The notes: generated by a model not told the origin, from the letters alone. A stretch of DNA of 63,932 nt, filler included, from Stramenopiles sp. TOSAG23-3 (GCA_900128585.1; 57 parts of 57 records of this genome joined end to end with filler, not necessarily neighbours in it), one strand, 5' to 3'. Counted from the whole stretch's first letter, positions 1 through 10,975 are shown. Numbers and translations are program-made.

Positions 1-2
1 AG

Positions 3-1034
3 GACTGCTCCGGCCATGGGACCTGCGCGAACTTCAAGTGCGTCTGCGAGAACCCATTCATCGGCGCCGACTGCTCCGTCAAGGCCTGCCCAGACGACTG
101 CTCCGGCCGAGGGAAGTGCGTCGAGGGCGTCTGCCAATGCGCCGAAGGCTTCCGCGGCCTGAACTGCGCCATGAAGACCTGCCCGAACATGTGCTCCAAC
201 CACGGAAAGTGCTCCCCCGCCGGGGTCTGCACGTGCGACAAGGGCTTCGCCCACCGCGACTGTAGCTTCAAACTCTGCCCGAACGACTGCTCCCAGCACG
301 GAACCTGCAACGGTAACGGAACCTGCGTCTGCGACGCCGGGTTCAGCGGGAAAGACTGCAACTTCATCATGTGCCCCAAGGACTGCCTGAGCGAGACCGG
401 CCACGGCCGTTGCTTCAACGGGACCTGCTTCTGCGCCCAGGGCTGGGGCGACGCCGACTGCGCGACCCCGGTCTGCCAACCACACGCCACCTGCAGCGGG
501 CACGGCCAGTGCCTTGCCGCCAAGAAAGGATCCCTCGATGTCAAATGCAAGTGCGACCGCGGCTACCAAGGCCCGGCCTGCAACACCCGCTACGTTGTCC
601 CAGGCCACGGCCTTGTCATGGACGACGGCACCGCGAAATGCTTCAAACTGTACGAAGGCGCGGACTGCAAGGACGAGAAATGCCCGATGAACTGCAACGA
701 AGGAAAGAAACAAGGGACGTGCATCAACGGCACCTGCCTGTGCAACGCCCACTGGACCGGAAAAGGCTGCCAGCACAAGGCGTGCCCCAACAACTGCTGG
801 GACCACGGACACTGCAAAGAAGGCAAGTGCGAGTGCGACAAAGGCTACAAAGGAAAGCTGTGCAGCATCCGCTACGTGGAACACGGCGAGTGCGACGTTA
901 AGAGCGGCAAGTGCAAGTGCCACCCCGTGCGAAAGTCCGTCGCGGCCTTCGAGGGCCAGATGTGGACTGGAGATGACTGCGCCACCAAGTCCTGCCCCGA
1001 CGAGTGCTCCGCCCACGGAACCTGCGTCGAAGGT
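3..1034 (+). CDS. Tenascin/teneurin-type EGF-repeat protein (internal fragment)
   Basis: Open frame from position 3; tandem CPxxCSxHGxCxxGxCxCxxG[FYW]xGxDC repeats. Confidence 0.92.
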
Positions 1035-1035
1035 A

Positions 1036-1135
1036 NNNNNNNNNNNNNNNNNNNNNNNNNNNNNNNNNNNNNNNNNNNNTTAATTAATTAANNNNNNNNN
1101 NNNNNNNNNNNNNNNNNNNNNNNNNNNNNNNNNNN
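1036..1135. other. Artificial contig linker (first of 56 identical linkers)
   Basis: 44 N + TTAATTAATTAA (stops in all six frames) + 44 N, recurring every ~1.12 kb; contig lengths fall monotonically from 1035 to 1012 bp. Confidence 0.99.
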
Positions 1136-1600
1136 TAGAGTAGTCAGTCGTGTCTAGTTAAAACTACCGGTACGTACTCTCTTCGTCGTTCAACATAAAA
1201 AAAAATAATAAATAATAATAATTAAAAAAATGTGCTGACTCCCTCCTCCCTCCCCTCCCCTCACCAAAATAAATATTATTATTCTTCATCTCTTTCTTTC
1301 TTTTTTACTTCCTTCTTCCTCATAAAATTATAAATTAATAGGTAGTCTACCATACTTATATTATCTATATACTAGTATCCGGATTATTCCTGTGTCTTCT
1401 TCTCTATATTTAAACCCCAGTATTTAAACGACTCCTCCATAATTTTCCTATCTCACCTATTTAAATACTCATATTTAACTATATATATGACGTATTCGTT
1501 TAATACAGTGGGTGGGTACACAGTACCAGGTACCGGGTATACAGGTACCTGGTACCGGTATTATACACAAACACAAATAAGCAAATGAACATCGCACTGC

Positions 1601-2170
1601 TTGGTTTTGCTTTTACCTTTTGCTAACCCGCCATATAGTCAGGATAACGTCGAGAAACTGATCAGGTTTTGCACCAGCCCACAGAATCGTCACAAACCAT
1701 TTTTCCTCCTGATGCCCAACTACTTCGTCAAAAAAAACTATTACATTGAAAAGGTTGACAATGGCCAAAGCCTTCGGCCTTTCTACGTTGCCCCCAGGAA
1801 ACGGTATCGTTATAGAACTCCAAAAGGAGGGCGAGACCAAGGCCACGACTGCGAAAAGACCTTAGCCGTTGTTGGGCATGAAATTGGTCACAGTATCCTT
1901 CATCATAACTGGGCGCTGTTGCTTGTGACCATGGGAAACCTATTCGTCTTGTTCTTCAGTTATGGCGTCTTTCAGTCTACCCCATCGATTGTCACGAGCT
2001 TTGGATTTTCTGAAAACGAGACCGGCAACGCATTCCTAAAGATTCAGTGCTTTATGGCAGTATATGGTATGGCGGTCATGCCGATATGGAACATCTTGAT
2101 GAATGCTTTTGTGCGCCAGCTGGAGTTTGCTGCAGACCGCTACGCAGTTCGTCTTGGGCATGATATATCC
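1601..2170 (+). CDS. Apparent fusion of an NPPY methyltransferase-like fragment and the C-terminal part of peptidase M48 (Ste24/CAAX prenyl protease-like); partial, possibly chimeric
   Basis: NPPYS at 1625-1639; LAVVGHEIGH (HEXXH at 1877-1891), TM segments and RQLEFAADRYA typical of M48; no in-frame ATG upstream of NPPYS. Confidence 0.7.
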
Positions 2171-2648
2171 NNNNNNNNNNNNNNNNNNNNNNNNNNNNNN
2201 NNNNNNNNNNNNNNTTAATTAATTAANNNNNNNNNNNNNNNNNNNNNNNNNNNNNNNNNNNNNNNNNNNNTTATATTATTATACCATGGTAGTTAGTCGT
2301 CTAATAAAATAGCTCAAGGTGGTGGTGGTGTATCGATAGAGAGTAGTAAAAAAATGGCGATTTTTTCTCTTTTTTTTTTTTTGTTGGATAATTAATAATA
2401 GTCTAATATGTATGTATGTAAAAAAAATATTATTAACAACTAATAAAAAATGAAATTTCTTAGTTGTGCAAATAGTACATCACACTAAAGAAAGGAAATG
2501 TTTAACGAAATTCCGTATTATATTTTAAGAAATGTCTGTTTACATTTAACTAATTTGACGAGATATTTTTATGTTGAGAAAGCGATACTTGTAAAACCCA
2601 ATAAGGAAAGTTTTTGCCAATGTTCCCCGCGTCCGATATTGCAGGTTA

Positions 2649-3302
2649 ATGGCTAGTGCTTCTTCAGTCCAGCCCACGCACAGACCTACTCGAGGTGCAA
2701 TGTTTTTTTCGTGTTGCAATTTCGCCGTATTTCGACTCAAGGGTGGGGCGAAACAGAATGCAATTCTCTTGGTATTATTGTGCATTTTCACCCATCATTT
2801 CAGCGCCGCCTTAACGGTCGAGAACACAGACTACTTCGTGTACAACGACCTGACAGAGGAAACTGAGAGTATAGGCTTTTCCCTGGGTCAAAGGCACGGC
2901 CTTCTCTACTACGGCCAAGAAAATACAGCAACGGTATCAGATGACAACCTTCTTCCACAAACTACTAAGTGGTATGAATATAAACTAAAGGATGATCTGC
3001 CGGATGTCGATAATGCTGACGTAAAGGGGTCTATTTTCCACCCATTTGTACTGCTGGGCTCACGTCACCAAGTGCGAATTGTCAAGTACACGGGGTCATT
3101 TTCAGCAGACTTTACTTTGTCGACGTTTCCAGTATCAGGGTTCTTCCCAGATCAGTATGCGATGGGAGACGGATTTTTTGCGGTCGCGGGCGTGACGGGG
3201 AACGTGTCCAGGACGCTTCTTATTTACGAGCACGACGGTAGTGATTGGAGCCATACTCATACGGACACAGCAACGAACGATTTGACGTTTGCTGTCAGTT
3301 TA
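2649..3302 (+). CDS. Hypothetical secreted or surface protein, N-terminal fragment
   Basis: Long ORF after AT-rich intergenic DNA; hydrophobic signal-like stretch ILLVLLCIFTHHFSAA; start uncertain. Confidence 0.55.
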
Positions 3303-3404
3303 GCNNNNNNNNNNNNNNNNNNNNNNNNNNNNNNNNNNNNNNNNNNNNTTAATTAATTAANNNNNNNNNNNNNNNNNNNNNNNNNNNNNNNNNNNNNNNN
3401 NNNN

Positions 3405-4436
3405 AGACAAACGTATGCACCGGCAGGCAGTGACCTGGATTTCACACTTGGAGGACATGAAGGACATGAAACTGCGGTAAGATCCGTGGCATTTAATCAT
3501 GATGGCACACGTATTATCTCTGGATCGGAGGACAAAACGGTATGTATCTGGGATACTATAACTGGAGAATGTGTAAAGACCTTGAAGGGTCACAATGATC
3601 AGGTCTATTCCGTTGCGTTTAACCATGATGGAACACGAATTGCTTCCGGGTCGAAAGATAAGTCTGTTCGTGTGTGGAATACTTCAACGGGAGATTGTGA
3701 AATGACAACATATCATAATGACCAGGTATACTCTGTTGCGTTTAATCATGATGGAACGCGAGTTGCTTCCGGGTCGAAAGATAAGTCTGTTCGTGTGTGG
3801 AATACTATAACTGGAGAACGTGTAAAGACCTTGAAGGGTCACAATGATCAGGTCTATTCCGTTGCGTTTAACCATGATGGAACGCGAGTTGCTTCCGGGT
3901 CGAAAGACAAGTCTGTTCGTGTGTGGAATACTTCAACGGGAGATTGTGAAACGACAGCATATCATAATGATCAGGTCTACTCTGTTGCATTTCACCCTGT
4001 CAAGGCACATGTTGTGACTGGTTCTCGAGACTACACCATTAGTACCTGGGATACGACGACAAAACCATGTAAAGAGATATTAAAGTGGCACTCGAATACG
4101 GAAAATAGCGAAGAAGAAAACAACGAGGAAGGCGGGGAAGAAGAATCCGGCAAGAACAAAGCAGAAAAAACTGATGACTTGTCCGGGGTGTTAACTGTTG
4201 CATTTAATCATGATGGGTCGCGGATTGTATCTGGATCAGATGACAATATTGTCTGCATCTGGAGTACAGGAACGGGTAAATGCGAAAAAAAGTTGAAAGG
4301 ACCTTCTCAGAAAGTCAAATCCGTGAAAGGAGAAAGTGAGCATTCTTTAAAAGGGCGCACAAATCAGATATATGCCGTGGCATTCAACCATGACGGCTCA
4401 AAAGTTGTATCTGCCTCCTGGGAAAAAACTGTTCGA
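3405..4436 (+). CDS. WD40-repeat protein with highly conserved internal repeats (HET-E/NWD-like WD domain)
   Basis: About 7 repeats of the type GHNDQVYSVAFNHDGTR.ASGSKDKSVRVW; frame open from contig start. Confidence 0.93.
3555..3992 (+). repeat. Near-identical 249-bp tandem duplication (two-WD unit) within the WD40 gene
   Basis: ACTATAACTGGAGAA.GTGTAAAGACCTTGAAGGG... starts at 3555 and again at 3804. Confidence 0.9.
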
Positions 4437-4538
4437 CTNNNNNNNNNNNNNNNNNNNNNNNNNNNNNNNNNNNNNNNNNNNNTTAATTAATTAANNNNNN
4501 NNNNNNNNNNNNNNNNNNNNNNNNNNNNNNNNNNNNNN

Positions 4539-5570
4539 ATATGGAGCATGGTCACCATATCGCCGAGCCAAGTATTGCATTCGTTGGTGGAGCCGTTCCT
4601 GCGAAATCTTGATGGGCTTTAAAAGTACGCAACGGTTGCAACAGGAATTGTCCAAAACGGATCGGCAGCAAATTACACCCTGCACTGCACCGTCCCATTT
4701 ACCCTCCATGACTTTCATTTCACGAAACAATTTCAGAAAAACGAATACGATAGGAGGGAACACAACCAGGGATAGTATTACCCTGTCTCCTCGTGATTCT
4801 TGTCGTCTTAAAAACGCCAATAACACCCTGGTAAACGGGATGGCAAGAAACGTTAACAGCATTCCAACCTTATTGTACGCCTTGTCTGTGTGCGCAGTCT
4901 TCCACGCATTTTTGCAACAGCAGTAGCGGCATGCTGATTTTGCCACTGCAGGAAAAAATACTGCGCATACAAAGATTAAAAAAATGCCACACCAGCAATA
5001 TGAAATTAAATTGGCAAATTGCCGGTCAGCGAACAGACACTCAATGTGGGTAGCACCTGTTATGTCGAAGGAGAAACCTTTCAGTGCATCTTTCGCTTCT
5101 TCAACTGGGCCTGGCCAGGACAAGTCCCAATCTGCGATTACAGACATCATTATAGCATGCGAAGTGACGATCGAAATAGAAGCCACTGTATCTCCGATGC
5201 GGTGGGGATATTGTTCAATGAGCCGGTTGATTTTCCACAGACAAAATCCACATACAATTGCCATCATCATGACAAGGACAGCAAGGTATACACGTGGGAG
5301 AGTGCACTTTACGCATTTGTGCATCGTTGCACTTATCGTGTACGACTCACCAAATGCTGTGCAGGTGCTGATCCCATCACAGCGAACTCCATCGCGCTTG
5401 CAGAACGTGGCGATTTCTCTCGTTGGTGGGTAATCAAACTTGTTATCACCAAAATATAACTCTTCCAATTTTGGTAACAGGGCCAATTGTTTGGGAATGG
5501 GGCCTGTTAAATCGTTGCCACCGATCTGCAGCTTTTTCACTGCTTTCAACTGCAATATATCTGGAACAAT
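4539..5570 (-). CDS. LRR + Cys-rich + multi-pass TM receptor-like protein (fragment)
   Basis: LQIGGNDLTGPIPKQLALLPKLEELYFGDNKF LRRs, CVKC, then several TM helices with a DLSWP motif. Confidence 0.8.
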
Positions 5571-5672
5571 CTNNNNNNNNNNNNNNNNNNNNNNNNNNNN
5601 NNNNNNNNNNNNNNNNTTAATTAATTAANNNNNNNNNNNNNNNNNNNNNNNNNNNNNNNNNNNNNNNNNNNN

Positions 5673-6190
5673 GGTTTACCCAAGTGAGTGCGGGTTTATA
5701 TCATACCTGTGGTCTCACCTCGGAAGGCGCCATCGAATGTTTTGGGTCGAATGGTAAATATCAAAGCAATGACCACAAGCCAAAGATGCCAACAAAAGGA
5801 AGGTTTACCCAAGTGAGTGCGGGTTTAAATCATACCTGTGGTCTCACCTCGGAAGGCGCCATCGAATGTTTTGGGTCGAATGGTAAAGATCAAAGCAATG
5901 ACCACAAGCCAAAGATGTCAACAACAGGAAGGTTTACCCAAGTGAGCACGGGTCGTGGTTTTGATGAAGAGGAAAATATCGAGGAATCTCATACCTGTGG
6001 TCTTACGTCGAAAGGCGCCATCGAATGTTTTGGGTCGGATGATAAAGGTCAAAGCAATGGCCACGAACCCAAGACACCAAAGGAAGGAACATTCACCCAA
6101 TTGAATGCGGATGGTAGGCATACTTGTGGTCTGACGTCGAAAGGCGCCATCGAATGTTTTGGGTCGGATGATACAGGTCAAAGCAACGGC
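5673..6190 (+). repeat. 129-bp (43 aa) tandem coding repeats
   Basis: GGTTTACCCAAGTGAG at 5673, 5802 and 5931; fourth copy is diverged. Confidence 0.9.
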
Positions 6191-6562
6191 TATAATCCGA
6201 AAATGCCAGAGAAGGCACCACCGTCCCACACCTCGGTCTCCTTCCTTCAAGTTGCAGAAAAGGTGAAAAGTACAGGGTGGGGGGATGTGAAAGGAACGTG
6301 CAATGGAGTGGATGCCCCAGCATTGTTCAAAGATTTGAGTTCAACATGTGATATAAATGGCGAATGGCATTTTGATTGCGCTTCTCATGAAGAACTATGC
6401 GAATGTTTGGTGTGGGTTGAGGAGAATAAAGAGAAAGTGAAGTTTACTAGAGGGGTTGAGTACTTGAAGCTGTTCTCAAACGATGGGGATGTAAAACATG
6501 AAATGAGTTGTTCCAATAGGCGCAGACGCTTGTTGAATGGTCATGGGAGCGGGTCCTGCTAA
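5675..6562 (+). CDS. RCC1/BLIP-II-like repeat protein, C-terminal fragment
   Basis: FTQVSAG..HTCGLTSEGAIECFGSN repeats x4; ends RRRRLLNGHGSGSC*. Confidence 0.88.
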   Translation, partial: FTQVSAGLYHTCGLTSEGAIECFGSNGKYQSNDHKPKMPTKGRFTQVSAGLNHTCGLTSEGAIECFGSNGKDQSNDHKPKMSTTGRFTQVSTGRGFDEEENIEESHTCGLTSKGAIECFGSDDKGQSNGHEPKTPKEGTFTQLNADGRHTCGLTSKGAIECFGSDDTGQSNGYNPKMPEKAPPSHTSVSFLQVAEKVKSTGWGDVKGTCNGVDAPALFKDLSSTCDINGEWHFDCASHEELCECLVWVEENKEKVKFTRGVEYLKLFSNDGDVKHEMSCSNRRRRLLNGHGSGSC

Positions 6563-6805
6563 TAGTTTAATTCATGGGCATGAGAGTGTGGTTTTTCCTC
6601 GTGCGCCTGTTCCTCTTGTTTGCGCCTGTGCAACCGTCACTTTCAAATGAAGCCCTCGGACAGTTCCACGACGGTCGAAGGGCCTTTCAGGAACGAAGGT
6701 ACAAGNNNNNNNNNNNNNNNNNNNNNNNNNNNNNNNNNNNNNNNNNNNNTTAATTAATTAANNNNNNNNNNNNNNNNNNNNNNNNNNNNNNNNNNNNNNN
6801 NNNNN

Positions 6806-7123
6806 GCCGAAATAATTACTCACGCTCCTGCTGTCTGGCGCGTGACCTCGCGTGTGGGGCCCTTGCTCAAAGTTGTCACCAACTGCTTCGTCCTCCATTT
6901 CGTCTTTATAACCCGTTATTCCATTCCGACAATTGACTCCGCAGCATCCATAGACTGACTTTTGTCCGGGGCGACATTGTGGGATTTTATAAGTACCTGG
7001 TGTTGCGCATAAAACATTTACACAGGACATCTTTCGGCCGAAAGGACTCTTTCGGCCGAAGCCTTCGGCGCTCGAAAGCAAAGCTATTGCACCGAGCGAT
7101 AACGAGATTAAAGTTGATTTCAT
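6806..7123 (-). CDS. Small secreted Cys-rich protein precursor (5' part)
   Basis: Signal peptide MKSTLISLSLGAIALLSSAEG; FGRK x2; C-x4-C-x10-C-x9-CC-x3-C. Confidence 0.7.
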
Positions 7124-7656
7124 TTTTAATAGAATAAAGTTTTTGTTTGGTGTTTGGTTTTGTTTGATGGTTGTTTTCGTTTGACGGTTGTTTTCGTTTG
7201 ACGGTTGTTTTTCGTTTGACGATTGTTTCTAATTCTGCGTTCATAGTTCATACACAGACAGTAAGTATATGTGACTCTCCTCAAAACGCACGCAGCTGTT
7301 GTTATGTCGATGTAATTTATTATATAATAAAAAAATTGATCTTCGAATATTTTGAAGCACGCGCTTATGTACTTGTTTAAAACATACCTATATAAATTTG
7401 TATTGTTGTAAGGAAACAATTATGAAAGAAAACAACTAAGCCTTATTTTATATTATTTTAGCCAATGCTGTGCAATGTTTTTATCATCACCACTGGGAGT
7501 AGCAGTCTGGGTGTAAATAGGGAATAAAAGTATACCGATTATATTCAACTTAACTATAAATCAATTCAGCACAATTTGGATTTGGATTTGGATTTGGATA
7601 ATAATACAATACAACACAAATAATAATCTTGATTTTAAAAAAATGTTGAAGTAATA

Positions 7657-7730
7657 GAAAGAAAAGAAAGAAAGAAAGAAAGAGAAGGAAGAAAGAAAGA
7701 AAGAAAGAAAGAAAGAGTCGAAAGAAAGAA

Positions 7731-7762
<32 letters not shown>

Positions 7763-7765
7763 GAA

Positions 7766-7831
<66 letters not shown>

Positions 7832-7837
7832 GAAGGA
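7657..7837 (+). repeat. (GAAA)n microsatellite at contig end; similar tracts at 7938-8025, 10040-10099 and 28265-28340
   Basis: Direct inspection. Confidence 0.95.
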
Positions 7838-9070
7838 NNNNNNNNNNNNNNNNNNNNNNNNNNNNNNNNNNNNNNNNNNNNTTAATTAATTAANNNNNNN
7901 NNNNNNNNNNNNNNNNNNNNNNNNNNNNNNNNNNNNNAAAAGAAGAAAAGAAGAAAAGAAAGAAGAAAAGAAAGAAGAAAAGAAAGAAGAAAAGAAAGAA
8001 GAAAAGAAAGAAGAAAGAAGAAAAGGAGAGAAATACACAGTACTACATTTAGACGCTCGACGGCATGGCATGGGCCTAAACCCTAAATCCTAACGCTTTC
8101 TTTCTTTAATTCGCGCCAAGACCTTTATAACCCTAACGTTAAAACTATCCTAGAAGGTTGATCTGGCGCCCTTTTCTTTTTCTTTTCTTTATTATTATTC
8201 CTTCCTTCTTCTTCCAGCTTCCATCCAGCCTTTAGCTTTTATTTTATAATATATAGGGTTAGGAAAGAAGAGAAGAAAGAAAGAAAGAAAGAGTCGAAAG
8301 AAAGAAACAAAGAAAGAAGAAGAAAGAAGAAGAAAGAAGAAGAGATGTAGAAGAACGAAGAAAGAGAAGAAGAAGATAATAGAAGGAAAGAAGAGGCCTG
8401 CTGTATTACTGTACTCCTTCATATCTTTTATTTTTCTTCTTCTTCACCTTTTCTTCTTTCTTTTTTTTTTTTTATTTTTTATTAAAAAATATAATAAATA
8501 ATAATATCTTCCGTGTCGATCGTAATCCTATCGATGAATATTATAAAGAGTTGGAATGGATGACTGCGTCTACTCTTTCATTTTGTTAATCTGAAATAAG
8601 TCATACGATCAGCAAGCGAATCGAATTGGATTGAATCGAACGAGAAAAGAAACAAAGAAATCTCACGTTGCAGTTCCTTCTCATCATCAGCGTGCCGTGT
8701 TGTCTGTGGGGGGTCCGTCCGTCCATTATACAACTATCGAGTTTTTAGTGCACGACCCTAAAGGGTAAAAGGGTGCGTGGTTCCATTCATTTGCTCGGTC
8801 GGTCGGTCGCAGCAAACGGGGCAAAGCAGGAAACACCGCCATCATGTCGGGTCGGAACGAAAAGAAAGGTGGCTATAGGAACGTCAACAACAATAGAGGC
8901 TGGCGGCGGCGGGTGAAAGCGTCCCGAAAGTCGTCGTCACCGCGGAACAAGGCGGGCACCCCCCCGTTNNNNNNNNNNNNNNNNNNNNNNNNNNNNNNNN
9001 NNNNNNNNNNNNTTAATTAATTAANNNNNNNNNNNNNNNNNNNNNNNNNNNNNNNNNNNNNNNNNNNNTG

Positions 9071-10006
9071 TTCCCCGGGTCCACGGTGACCGTGTTCAAC
9101 CGTCAGCTCAACATAACGGACTACGGGAACAGTTACACCCGCCAGGTCTTGGGCACCGCTCAGCAGCGAACGGTCGGCATCATTTACTCGAACTCGACCC
9201 AGGAGGCTGGCAAGATCCTCGACGTCGCAAGTGTAGAAGGGTTTACGTTAGGTTCCCTGAAGATGACCTCCATGTCCGACCGGGCCGCCATGGCGTTCGC
9301 CCAGCAGTCTGGGAAGCCGGTCACCAGAGAGATCATCCAAGGCCTCTCGGGCGGGAGCATCATAGTCTTCGAGCTGCTCGCCCGCAAGAGTGTGCTGGCG
9401 TGGCAGAATTTAATAGACATGCGCCAGTGGGGTGCGTTTGTCCACGGCTCGTCGAGCGTCGACGCGGCGGAGAACGAGTACGGGTTTTTCTTCGGCGAGG
9501 GTAGCAACCAGCGGTTCCCCCACTCGCCCAAGCTTCGCGACTGCACCCTCTGCCTCATCAAGCCGCACGTCCTCCGAGAGGGCAAGGCGGGGAAAGTCCT
9601 ACGTGCCATCCAGGACGCAGGCTTCGTCGTCACCGCCGCCGGGATCTTTCACCTAGATCGCCCCGCCGCGGACGAGTTCTTGGAAGTGTACCAGGGCGTA
9701 CTGGCCGACATTGAGTACAACGCAACGACGGTCGAGCTCACTTCTGGCCGTCTGTTAGCATTAGAGTTGCAATCTAGCGAGAACGCCTCGGTAGGGTCGA
9801 AGGGGGAACAGGTCGACGTCGTCACCGCTTTCCGGGACCTCTGCGGCCCCTACCCCGTTCACATTGCAAAGACCATCCGTGCCGATAGTTTGAGGGCGCA
9901 GTTTGGGACCACCGTAAGTGAAAACGCTGTTCATTGTACAGACTTGAAAGACGATGGTGTCGTGGAATGTGAGTATTTCTTTGGAATCCTTGGTGGAAGT
10001 TATTAA
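9071..10006 (+). CDS. NME7: Nucleoside diphosphate kinase 7 (end of DM10 + two NDK-like domains); ciliary/centriolar
   Basis: TVFNRQLNITDYG (DM10 end), CTLCLIKPH, FRDLCGP, LRAQFG, NAVHCTDL..DG..ECEYFF. Confidence 0.9.
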   Translation, partial: FPGSTVTVFNRQLNITDYGNSYTRQVLGTAQQRTVGIIYSNSTQEAGKILDVASVEGFTLGSLKMTSMSDRAAMAFAQQSGKPVTREIIQGLSGGSIIVFELLARKSVLAWQNLIDMRQWGAFVHGSSSVDAAENEYGFFFGEGSNQRFPHSPKLRDCTLCLIKPHVLREGKAGKVLRAIQDAGFVVTAAGIFHLDRPAADEFLEVYQGVLADIEYNATTVELTSGRLLALELQSSENASVGSKGEQVDVVTAFRDLCGPYPVHIAKTIRADSLRAQFGTTVSENAVHCTDLKDDGVVECEYFFGILGGSY

Positions 10007-10040
10007 ATTGTTTCCATGCAATCGCGGAATGAATGAAAAA

Positions 10041-10084
<44 letters not shown>

Positions 10085-10975
10085 AAAGAAAGACAGAAAN
10101 NNNNNNNNNNNNNNNNNNNNNNNNNNNNNNNNNNNNNNNNNNNTTAATTAATTAANNNNNNNNNNNNNNNNNNNNNNNNNNNNNNNNNNNNNNNNNNNNC
10201 TTCTTCTTCTTTTATTAATTCTTCTTCTATTAATTCTTCTTCTTTTACTGTATTATAATTCTTCTTCTTTCTTTTTTTAATTCTTCTTCTTTTATTAAGT
10301 CTTCTTCTTTTAATTCTATAATTTCTTCTTCTTCTTTTATTTCTTTTTAATTCTTCTTCATTCTTCGAGTCGGTATTGTATTCTTATGCTGTGTGAATGT
10401 ATTTTTTGTGACCTAATAAAAAAATACAGGCAAAGGAAGAAGAAAAAAAGATTTTTGACTTTAAGAAGAAGAAGAGGGTTTTATTATTTATTCATTTTTT
10501 TAATTTTAAATAATGCTGTGTTTATATGTTATAATATAAATAAATAATAATCGGTCTGTTTTACACAACAATATATTAATTTTCTTCTTTTTTTTTTTGC
10601 ACTAAAAAAATATTATAATAATAGATGATGCTGTGTACAAGTATAAAATATAAATAATATTATTATAATTATGGAGAAAAAAAGATATAATAAAAAAATA
10701 TAAAAAATCTTCTTCTTCTTCCTTCGGTGGTTTAGGGTTCTTCAGGTCCGTCTCTCGCGTCAGTCCAATCTCAATTCTTCTTTCTTTCTGTAATCTCCCG
10801 GACTTTTCCCCCGGAAGCGTATCAAATATGGACAGAATTTATACAATTACCACCGTTCAAACGTAAAAGAGTTGTATTTTGGGCGATCGTGTCGTCATTT
10901 TATGGTGGAAACGGGCGTAAGAGCTGCAAAAGTGGTCAATATTAAGCTGAGCAACCGACACGGGAAAGAAGCGCC

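Noticed and set aside
1080..1091. Regularly spaced TTAATTAATTAA as a biological repeat or CRISPR-like array
   Set aside because: Always centred between two 44-N runs; an artificial six-frame-stop linker. ORFs ending in X...LIN or X...N are artefacts of it.
7886..8422. Phe/Ser/Leu-rich or Lys/Glu/Arg-rich short ORFs (also 18413-19179, 27222-27455, 28173-28421, 51036-51263)
   Set aside because: Translations of GAAA/GAA microsatellites and AT-rich intergenic DNA.
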